Shown here in pieces: positions 8,818 to 15,401 of a stretch of DNA of 15,401 nucleotides. Source of the DNA: Candidatus Iainarchaeum sp. Its GTDB lineage: Archaea; Iainarchaeota; Iainarchaeia; Iainarchaeales; JAZDFD01. Numbering within the stretch: position 1 is the stretch's first letter; the number at the start of each line of letters is the position of its first letter. Both the position numbers and the translations under genes were made by a program. The DNA lies in NCBI GenBank assembly GCA_043808155.1, contig JAZDFD010000025.1, positions 1 through 15,401 of the forward strand, in the 5' to 3' direction. The notes beneath the pieces were generated by a model. The model saw only the letters and a program-made list of their open reading frames with translations, had not been told where the DNA came from and did no database searches.

Positions 8818-9450
8818 TCATTTTATCACACTCTTTTGTTTTGATATTGTCATATTATTTTTTGGCGAACATTTTTCTAATTTTATTTCCGCATTGAATT
8901 TTTTTTTCATAATAACTGCGAGTTCCACTGCCGGAAATATTCCTGAAAAAAATCTTTCGTAAATATATGTGATTTTTTTGTTTGAATTTATCAGTTTTCC
9001 GATGAAATTTAACTTATTTCCAAACAAAATTTCATTTTTCATAATTTCAAATCCATAAAAAGGGTGATTTTTATCTGCAAAATGTTCGAATGCAATCCAG
9101 GAAAAACCCTGTATTTTATGTTCACCCATATGTGCTCTGTGATTAGTGTAATGCGGAACAATCATAATGCTAATTCCGCCTGTTTTTAGAATCCTGAGAC
9201 TCTCATTCATTATGTGGCTATAATCTAAATGTTCTAATACGTGGTTGCTTACAATACCGTCAACTGAGTTTTCTCCAAACGGCATGTCTGAATTTAAATC
9301 CACTCTGACATCCACTTCTGGGAAATCTCTGATGTCAATCCCAATCGTTTTTGGAAGTTTATTTCTCCCGCAACCAAGATGTAAAATTTTAGGATTCTTT
9401 TGCATGCTAAAAATATTTGAAAGTAGTATTTCAATTTTTTCAGAATCCAT
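8818..9450 (-). CDS. Class I SAM-dependent methyltransferase (Methyltransf_11-like, small glycan-cluster type)
   Basis: 'ILHLGCGRNK', 'GIDI', 'PFGENSVD.I.SNHVLEHL', 'RILKTGG', 'VPH'. SD GGTGA. Confidence 0.85.
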   Translation of the reverse strand: MDSEKIEILLSNIFSMQKNPKILHLGCGRNKLPKTIGIDIRDFPEVDVRVDLNSDMPFGENSVDGIVSNHVLEHLDYSHIMNESLRILKTGGISIMIVPHYTNHRAHMGEHKIQGFSWIAFEHFADKNHPFYGFEIMKNEILFGNKLNFIGKLINSNKKITYIYERFFSGIFPAVELAVIMKKKFNAEIKLEKCSPKNNMTISKQKSVIK

Positions 9451-9451
9451 A

Positions 9452-10411
9452 TTATTTCACCAGCAGCGTCCACCATGTTTCATTTTCAGCATACCATTTT
9501 ACAGTTTCTTTTATGCCTTTTTCAAAATTTTTCTTAGGTGTCCATCCAAGTTTTTTCTTTATTTTTCCTGAATCTAAAGAATATCGTCTGTCATGTCCTT
9601 TTCTGTCTTTAACATGTTCAATCATTTCTTTTCCTTTTCCAAGCTCACTCAAAATTCTTTTAGTGATTTCAAGATTCGAAACTTCATTACCCCCGCCTAT
9701 GTTGTAAATTTCACCGTTTTTTCCTTTGTGTAAACACACATCAATTGCTTCACAATTATCCAAAACATAAAGCCAGTCTCTCACATTTAAGCCATCTCCG
9801 TAAATTGGGACTTTCTTTCCCTGAATCAGATTTGTAACAAATCTTGGAATTAATTTTTCCGGAAACTGGTATGGTCCGTAATTGTTACTGCTTCTTGTAA
9901 CAACAACAGGCAGTTCATAAGTATTAAAATAACTCAACGCAAGTAGGTCTGCAGCTGCTTTTGCTGCTGAATAAGGATTTTTTGGTTTTATTAAATCATT
10001 TTCAGTGCTTGAGCCTTTCTCCACACTTCCATAAACTTCGTCAGTTCCTATCTGAATGAATTTTTTAACATTCTGTTTCATTGCAGACTCCAGCATTACT
10101 CGTACGCCTTCAAAATTAGTTCTTACAAATGCTGAAGCATCCTCAATACTTCTGTCTACGTGGCTTTCTGCTGCAAAATTAACAACTAAGTCACAGCCCT
10201 TCATTGCTTTTTCAACATCTACTGAGTTACAGATGTCCCCTTTGATAAATGTGTATTTTTCATCATCTTCCACATCACTCAAATTCTCAGTTCTGCCGGC
10301 ATATGTGAGTTTATCCAAATTCACAATTTCGTATTTTGGATATTTCTGAAGCATATACCTTACAAAATTGCTTCCAATAAATCCTGCTCCGCCAGTTACT
10401 AAAACTCTCAT
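9452..10411 (-). CDS. rmlB: dTDP-glucose 4,6-dehydratase
   Basis: 'VTGGAGFIGSNF', 'DKLTYAG', 'FAAESHVDRSI', catalytic 'TDEVYG', YxxxK 'YSAAK', 'NNYGPYQFPEKLIP', 'RDWLYV', 'DRKGHDRRY'. Confidence 0.97.
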   Translation of the reverse strand: MRVLVTGGAGFIGSNFVRYMLQKYPKYEIVNLDKLTYAGRTENLSDVEDDEKYTFIKGDICNSVDVEKAMKGCDLVVNFAAESHVDRSIEDASAFVRTNFEGVRVMLESAMKQNVKKFIQIGTDEVYGSVEKGSSTENDLIKPKNPYSAAKAAADLLALSYFNTYELPVVVTRSSNNYGPYQFPEKLIPRFVTNLIQGKKVPIYGDGLNVRDWLYVLDNCEAIDVCLHKGKNGEIYNIGGGNEVSNLEITKRILSELGKGKEMIEHVKDRKGHDRRYSLDSGKIKKKLGWTPKKNFEKGIKETVKWYAENETWWTLLVK

Positions 10412-10477
10412 AAAATTCCCCTCAAAAAGCTAATTTTCAAATCATATAATATATTACTATATAATGAAATGCGGATT

Positions 10478-10486
10478 CTTTAAAAA
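10478..10486 (-). promoter_or_regulatory. Putative TATA box for the rmlB operon (leadered transcript)
   Basis: TTTTTAAAG in the 110-nt gap upstream of rmlB. SD-like GAGGGG at 10423..10418 precedes ATG 10411. Confidence 0.3.
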
Positions 10487-10521
10487 CCATTTTGAGACAA
10501 AAATCGAAGTATTATGCTTAT

Positions 10522-10875
10522 TTATTTTCGTCTAATTTTAGGTTTGGGTTTAGGTTTCTTAGACTTAAGTCCAAATTTTTTTCGAGGCACATCTGGAGTT
10601 ATGAAATATTTTTTCCTTCCACCAAATAACTTTGGGTTGCCTTTGAGACCCCGAACGACATCCCCTCTGCATATTTCAATAATCTTTGCATTTCTTATAC
10701 CACTATTCCTGCATCTTTCTCTAAAAAGTTCCCTAACTTCTTCTCCATACAAAGCAGGAGTTTCAGGTGGTAAATCCCAACTCATTGTACCTTTTCTTTC
10801 CCCTGCCTCAAAGTGAACGATTAATACATTTCCCGGGAATTCATTCTTTTCATATTTTGCTTTTTTATTTGCCAT
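10522..10875 (-). CDS. Hypothetical small basic protein with a Lys/Pro/Arg-rich C-terminal tail
   Basis: 117-aa ATG-started ORF filling the gap between nadA and rmlB, co-oriented with both. It has its own TATA-like box 29 nt upstream and ends RKKFGLKSKKPKPKPKIRRK. No recognisable family. Confidence 0.7.
   Translation of the reverse strand: MANKKAKYEKNEFPGNVLIVHFEAGERKGTMSWDLPPETPALYGEEVRELFRERCRNSGIRNAKIIEICRGDVVRGLKGNPKLFGGRKKYFITPDVPRKKFGLKSKKPKPKPKIRRK
10537..10557. repeat. Short hexamer tandem (TTTAGG TTTGGG TTTAGG TTT) encoding KPKPKPK
   Basis: 3.5 imperfect 6-bp units inside the 3' end of the 117-aa gene. Confidence 0.5.
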
Positions 10876-10897
10876 AAAATAATAAACTCCCTATTGT

Positions 10898-10904
10898 ATT
10901 TAAA
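10898..10904 (-). promoter_or_regulatory. Putative archaeal TATA box for the 117-aa gene
   Basis: TTTAAAT starts 29 nt upstream of ATG 10875, just after the oligo-T that follows the nadA stop. Confidence 0.4.
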
Positions 10905-10916
10905 TTATTCCAAAAA

Positions 10917-11840
10917 TCAAACTAATTCAAACATCTTTCTAATAGCCAAACCAGCTTTTTCTGCAGTTTCAGAATTAATTTTCACTTCATATTGCTCTTT
11001 TTCAAGTGATTCAAGAAGGTTTCCCAGATTAATTTTTTTCTGCTGAATGCAAACTGCTTCTTCGCATCCTGTATAAAATCTCTTTTCAGGGTTCTGTTTT
11101 TCTAACTGGTGTAGCAAACCAACTTCTGTTCCAATAATGAATTCTTTTGCATTACTTTGTTTTGCAAACGTCAGCATCTGGCTTGTACTCCCAATAAAAT
11201 CTGCTATGTCCTGTACATCCATTTCACATTCCGGGTGAACTAGAATTAATGCATCAGGATGTTCAGCTTTAACTTCTGAAACCTGCCCTTTTGTGAATTG
11301 TTTGTGTGCATAACAAAATCCATTTTCTGGAAGATGAATTATTTTTTTATCAGTGTGTTTTTTCACAAATAGCCCTAAGTTTTTATCTGGCCCAAAAAGA
11401 ATTTCTTCTCCGTCAATTGCATTAACTATTTCAACAGCGTTTGCACTTGTACAGCATACATCTGCATGTGCCCGTGCTTCAATACTTGAATTAACATACA
11501 GAACAACTTTTGCATTTGGGTTTTTTTGTTTTGCTTTTTCAATTTCTGAAACACTTAACATTCCCGCCATCGGACATTTAGCGTCTAATGATGGAATCAA
11601 AATTTTCTTTTTTGGATTTAATGCCTTTGCAGTTTCTGCCATAAAATCCGCACCGCAAAGAACGATAAGTTCTGAATTTATTTCCTGAGCTTTTTTTGCC
11701 AAACCCAAAGAGTCAGCAACATAATCTGCTAATTCCTGAATTTCAGGAATCTGATAATTATGTGCAAGAATTGCAGCATTCTTCTGGTTTTTCAATTCGA
11801 TTATCTTCTCTATCTTTTTTTCATTGTTCACAGCAATCAC
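10917..11840 (-). CDS. nadA: Quinolinate synthase A ([4Fe-4S])
   Basis: 'ILAHNYQ', 'CGADFMAETAK', three cluster Cys ('CPMA', 'CYAH', 'AVCIQ'), 'YVNSS', 'CCTSANA', 'GPDKNLG', 'HPEC', 'GSTS', 'GTE'. GTG start at 11840, or at 11831 if the GTGAT is the SD. Confidence 0.96.
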   Translation of the reverse strand: MIAVNNEKKIEKIIELKNQKNAAILAHNYQIPEIQELADYVADSLGLAKKAQEINSELIVLCGADFMAETAKALNPKKKILIPSLDAKCPMAGMLSVSEIEKAKQKNPNAKVVLYVNSSIEARAHADVCCTSANAVEIVNAIDGEEILFGPDKNLGLFVKKHTDKKIIHLPENGFCYAHKQFTKGQVSEVKAEHPDALILVHPECEMDVQDIADFIGSTSQMLTFAKQSNAKEFIIGTEVGLLHQLEKQNPEKRFYTGCEEAVCIQQKKINLGNLLESLEKEQYEVKINSETAEKAGLAIRKMFELV

Positions 11841-11854
11841 TTTATGATTTAAAT

Positions 11855-12598
11855 TTAATAAATACTGAGTCCGCGCTGAATTTTCTTTATTGTTTCAAAA
11901 GCACTTGTTGTAGCAAGACCGCTTGTTCTTAAATTTGAACTTGGGGCTGCCTCTACTTTGATTGTGAATTTCCCGAAAGCACCTGATGCAGTTATTTCGT
12001 GCGTATTTGATTTTGCTTCAGGATCCGACACAATTTTTACATTTGTTTTGTCAAAACCAATTCCATTCAAAGCAAGAGTTGCGGCAACATTAACATTTCT
12101 TGGAAATTTAGGGCATGCTTCTCTTGCAGTGCCTTCAAAAACAATTGTTTTTGTTGTGTCATCTCTTCCGAGGCTTTTTGGATTTTTTGTAGTTACCAAT
12201 CCAACACTTTCAAGATTATCCTGAACAGTTGTTATTCCGTCAATTCCAATTATTGCACCTGGTGCAACATAGAATTTTGTCCCGTTTCTTCTGCTCGCAA
12301 TCTTAATCTGTTCTTCAAGTTCAGCATTCGCAAGCGCACCAACACTCATCACAAGAAGATTTGTTTTTTCAAGTACTTTTACCGCGTATTCTTTAACTGC
12401 CTCGTGTCCTGCAGCCTCAACAACCAAATCTGTTTCAGTTTTATCAAAATCTTCAAATCTTCTTATCTCATATTTTGACAATTTTGCTGGAATTTCTTTT
12501 TCATCATAAATAAATGAAATCTCCAATGTTGGATCGCCTATGATTTTTTCTGCAATATATTGTCCTATAACGCCTGCGCCGATTATGCCAATTCTCAT
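11855..12598 (-). CDS. nadX: L-aspartate dehydrogenase (NAD biosynthesis)
   Basis: Rossmann 'IGIIGAGVIG', 'VVEAAG', 'MSVGAL', 'GAIIGID', 'FEGTAREACPKFPRNVNVAATLAL' and catalytic-His 'NTHEI'. Adjacent to nadA. Start ATG 12598 (SD GAGGTG, ATGA overlap). The ORF track gives 12607. Confidence 0.94.
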   Translation of the reverse strand: MRIGIIGAGVIGQYIAEKIIGDPTLEISFIYDEKEIPAKLSKYEIRRFEDFDKTETDLVVEAAGHEAVKEYAVKVLEKTNLLVMSVGALANAELEEQIKIASRRNGTKFYVAPGAIIGIDGITTVQDNLESVGLVTTKNPKSLGRDDTTKTIVFEGTAREACPKFPRNVNVAATLALNGIGFDKTNVKIVSDPEAKSNTHEITASGAFGKFTIKVEAAPSSNLRTSGLATTSAFETIKKIQRGLSIY

Positions 12599-13563
12599 TT
12601 CAAACACCTCTTGTAATAGTAAAATGTTTCTCTCAATCCCTTTTTTAAGGTATATTCAGGAGTCCAATCAAGTAATTTGCGTGCTTTTGCAATACTCATT
12701 ACATTTTCATCTTCTTCTTTGCTATCTGCTTTCTTAAATTCAGGCTTTATTCTGCTTCCTGATGCGTCTGAAGCAAGTTTAACTATTTCCGAAATTGATG
12801 TTTGTTTCTGAGTTGCGATATTAAATGTCTCACAGCAGTTTTTATTTTTCAGTATAAATTGCATTATCTTCAGGTATGCGTCAGAAACATCATCTATAAA
12901 TATGAAGTCTCTTTTGGCTTTACCCCTTCCCAGAATTACTGGTCTAGTTCCCTGAAGGATTGCGTTCATTGAACTTGGTATTATTCTTGAAAAATTGTTA
13001 TCGTAAGGACCATAAATATTTGCACTTCTTGTTATTGCAACTGAAAGATTATGTGATTTTTGGAAAGTATGTGCAATGTTTTCTGCAAATATTTTGCTTT
13101 TTCCATATACGGTTGTTGTTTTCAATGCTGATTTTTCATTAACTGTTTTGGTTTTATGTTTGCCGTAAATCTTTCCTGATGATGCAAGCACAAAATTTGT
13201 TATCTCTGAATTTACACATGCCTGTAAAACATGCCATGTACCATAACTGTTAATTTTCATTGTTTTTTCAATTTCATTTTTGCTTAATCTTACTGCTGAC
13301 TGAGCTGCAAAGTGAAGACAAAAATCAAAATCGTCTGAAGACAAAGCTTTTTTCAGTTCATTTTTTTTCATTATGTCTGCTTTCAGAATTGTTAACTCTT
13401 TACTGATTCCGCGTTCTTTCAGCAAATCATCTTTTTTCCTGCTATGAATGATTGCTGAAACATTACATTTGTTTTCCAGAAGTTTTTCACAGACAGCAGA
13501 ACCCACAAATCCGTTTGCACCAGTTACTGCAATCTTTTTCCCTTTCATGTTTATGTTTTTCAT
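12595..13563 (-). CDS. NAD-dependent epimerase/dehydratase, extended SDR (CDP-glucose 4,6-dehydratase/RfbG-like family)
   Basis: 'VTGANGFVG', 'HFAAQS', 'ASSGKIYG', YxxxK 'YGKSK', 'RSANIYGPYD.NFSRIIP', 'RDFIFIDD'. Confidence 0.85.
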   Translation of the reverse strand: MKNINMKGKKIAVTGANGFVGSAVCEKLLENKCNVSAIIHSRKKDDLLKERGISKELTILKADIMKKNELKKALSSDDFDFCLHFAAQSAVRLSKNEIEKTMKINSYGTWHVLQACVNSEITNFVLASSGKIYGKHKTKTVNEKSALKTTTVYGKSKIFAENIAHTFQKSHNLSVAITRSANIYGPYDNNFSRIIPSSMNAILQGTRPVILGRGKAKRDFIFIDDVSDAYLKIMQFILKNKNCCETFNIATQKQTSISEIVKLASDASGSRIKPEFKKADSKEEDENVMSIAKARKLLDWTPEYTLKKGLRETFYYYKRCLK

Positions 13564-14448
13564 TTAAATCAGCAACTTTAAAAATTTTATACTTGCGTAA
13601 AGTCTCATTGTTTTTACTGCAAATACATAACAAATACCAACAAAAATGGTTATTAATGCATGAATCGGAGTTTTGTTTTCTAAATATGTTATTCCGCGAG
13701 GCGAACTCAGGTTAAATTTAGAGTTATTATGCCACAGCCCTGTTGCTGCACCAAAATCTTTCATAGGATTTATTAAAAATCCAAATTTAATATCTAAAAA
13801 GTCTTCTGTAAGTTTATTAGGGTGTTTCTTGTAAAGCAGAACATCATTTTTGTGATTTTTTAAACGAGCCCATACATGTTTTATCATTTGCAATGTGCCT
13901 TTTGGTTTTGTCATTTTGTGATCGTGAACATATCGTTTCGGCACTTTTTTAATTTCAAAACCCTGTTCAATTATTTTAAAAGCAATGTCAGTATCTTCCC
14001 TGTAATAAAAATAATCTTCATCATAGCCACCTACTTTTTCTAAAACATCTTTCCTGAATGCAGTTGACGTTCCGCCATAACCCCCGTAACCTGTAACAAT
14101 TCCGACTTTTTCAGAATCAAAACCGGTCATCATTACTTTCAGCCAGTCTTTTTCAGGTATGCAGTCATGGTCCATATTTATTACAAAATCATATTTTGCT
14201 TTTGCAATTCCCGCATTTCTTGCTTTGCAGACTCCTGATCTAGGCAGATTAATCACACTTATTTTGTCATTTTTATCAAATTGTTTCAGCATTTCTTTAG
14301 TGTAATCATTACTGCCGTCATTTACAACTATAATCTCATAATTTGCAGGATATTCTAATTTGAGCATTCCTTCCAAAACCTTTCTCAAAGTTTCAGGATT
14401 GTTCAAAGTAGGGATGACAATACTGACAGGGGGTGACTTCATCATCAT
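13564..14448 (-). CDS. Glycosyltransferase family 2 (GT-A)
   Basis: 'VSIVIPTLN', 'VNDGSND', 'ARNAG', DXD 'MDHD', 'GGYDEDY', 'REDTDI' and a C-terminal hydrophobic helix. Start placed at ATG 14448 after SD GAGGA. The ORF track start TTG 14460 is an alternative. Confidence 0.9.
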   Translation of the reverse strand: MMMKSPPVSIVIPTLNNPETLRKVLEGMLKLEYPANYEIIVVNDGSNDYTKEMLKQFDKNDKISVINLPRSGVCKARNAGIAKAKYDFVINMDHDCIPEKDWLKVMMTGFDSEKVGIVTGYGGYGGTSTAFRKDVLEKVGGYDEDYFYYREDTDIAFKIIEQGFEIKKVPKRYVHDHKMTKPKGTLQMIKHVWARLKNHKNDVLLYKKHPNKLTEDFLDIKFGFLINPMKDFGAATGLWHNNSKFNLSSPRGITYLENKTPIHALITIFVGICYVFAVKTMRLYASIKFLKLLI

Positions 14449-14456
14449 GCCAATCC

Positions 14457-15401
14457 TCAAATATCTTTTTTCTTGTATGAGTCGTGTGCCATTTTTGGGA
14501 TTTCAAAATAATCCATGTAATTGAATTCTTTTGCGCCTTCGCTTTTTGCCCATTTTATAGTCTCATCAAGCCCTTCACTAAGTGAAATCTTTGCTTTATA
14601 ATTAAGAAGTTTTTTTGCTTTTGAAACATCTGCATAAACAATTTTCACATCTGATGTTCTTTTCGGAACATATTTTATTTCCAAATCAACATTCATTTTT
14701 TTTATTGTTTCTTCTGCAAGATATTTTACAGAATAAGATTCTTCTGCACCTATATTTATCGGATTGTTAATTAGTTTTTTATTTCCTACAATGTCACATA
14801 TTGGTTCAACAATATCTGAAATATAAGTAAATGCCCGTTCCTGCAAACCATCACCAAAAATTACTGGTTGTTCTCCTTTCAGACATTTGTTTATGAAAAT
14901 AGGAACAACTCCCCTGTAAGGGTCATCCATTCTCTGTCTTGGCCCGTAAACATTGAAAAATCTCACAATATAGGGGTCAATTTTTCCCATTTCGTGATAA
15001 ACTCGGAGATAATGTTCAAACGCCATTTTTGTAATTCCGTATGGGTCTTCAGGATTTAATTTTGCAGTTTCAGAAACAGGAAGTTTTTCAGGCATTCCAT
15101 ATGCTGCAATACTGCTTGTAAAAACAAAATCTCTGACTTCTGCATTTATTGCTTCAGTAAGCAGTGTTATTGAACCCATTAAATTTGTTTCAGCATTAAA
15201 AATTGGAATGTAAACACTCTGACCTTCCGCAGCATGCGCACCCAAACAATAAATCGTGTCAACATCTTTCAGTGCTTTTTTGCATGCTTCTCTGTCACAC
15301 ATATCGCCTTCAATAATTTCAACATTTTCTGAAAGATATTTCAGATTGTTTTTCCCGCCGACATAATTATCAAGAACTACTACTTCATTGCCTCGTTTCT
15401 C
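14457..15401 (-). CDS. NAD-dependent epimerase/dehydratase (UDP-glucose 4-epimerase-like extended SDR), 5'-truncated by the window edge
   Basis: The frame stays open from 15302 to 15401 (EKRGNEVVVLDNYVGG...IEGDMCD). Motifs include 'GAHAAEGQS', 'FTSSIAAYG', 'PEDPYGITK' (YxxxK) and 'FNVYGPRQ'. The GxxGxxG motif lies beyond the edge. Confidence 0.9.
   Translation of the reverse strand, partial: EKRGNEVVVLDNYVGGKNNLKYLSENVEIIEGDMCDREACKKALKDVDTIYCLGAHAAEGQSVYIPIFNAETNLMGSITLLTEAINAEVRDFVFTSSIAAYGMPEKLPVSETAKLNPEDPYGITKMAFEHYLRVYHEMGKIDPYIVRFFNVYGPRQRMDDPYRGVVPIFINKCLKGEQPVIFGDGLQERAFTYISDIVEPICDIVGNKKLINNPINIGAEESYSVKYLAEETIKKMNVDLEIKYVPKRTSDVKIVYADVSKAKKLLNYKAKISLSEGLDETIKWAKSEGAKEFNYMDYFEIPKMAHDSYKKKDI

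Noticed and set aside
10445-10463. AT-only palindrome TAATATATTA upstream of rmlB as a possible operator
   Set aside because: Low complexity and expected by chance in AT-rich intergenic DNA. No second copy was seen.
10537-10557. Telomere-like TTTAGG repeat
   Set aside because: Only 3.5 imperfect units, fully explained by coding for KPKPKPK on the - strand.
622-15059. Many short antisense or alternate-frame ORFs (e.g. 1955..2305 -, 4791..5129 +, 8392..8778 +, 9294..9476 -, 10514..10816 +, 11353..11688 +)
   Set aside because: They lie within or across better-supported genes, show the F/S/I-rich composition expected from the reverse complement of Lys/Glu-rich genes, and carry no recognisable motifs.
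1-15401. CRISPR arrays, tRNA/rRNA genes, IS elements or integrases
   Set aside because: The longest intergenic gaps are about 110 nt. No regularly spaced repeats, cloverleaf-like sequences, terminal inverted repeats or transposase/integrase motifs were seen.

Overview
AT-rich window with very high coding density that looks archaeal. The archaeal signs are TATA-like boxes about 28-29 nt before the ATG of three leading genes and GTGAT/GGTGA/GAGGTG Shine-Dalgarno sites before internal genes. The Lys-rich proteins and compact layout suggest a DPANN-type lineage, but that is inference. The window is a surface-glycan (S-layer or glycolipid) biosynthesis locus. The + strand carries a GT-C-fold membrane glycosyltransferase and an LPG-synthase/UPF0104 flippase-like gene. 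Converging on them from the - strand is a tightly coupled operon: rmlB, two class I SAM methyltransferases, rmlA, a B12-binding radical SAM enzyme (HpnJ/calditol-synthase-like), a GT2 and two GT4s. Further upstream on the - strand are a basic 117-aa orphan and a second operon: SDR epimerase (partial), GT2, RfbG-like SDR, nadX, nadA. The most notable points are (1) the HpnJ/Cds-like radical SAM next to a membrane GT2 in an rml operon lacking rmlC/D, a candidate for an unusual ring-contracted or methylated sugar, and (2) de novo NAD genes nadX-nadA translationally coupled to sugar genes with no nadC in the window. No RNA genes, CRISPR arrays or mobile elements were seen.
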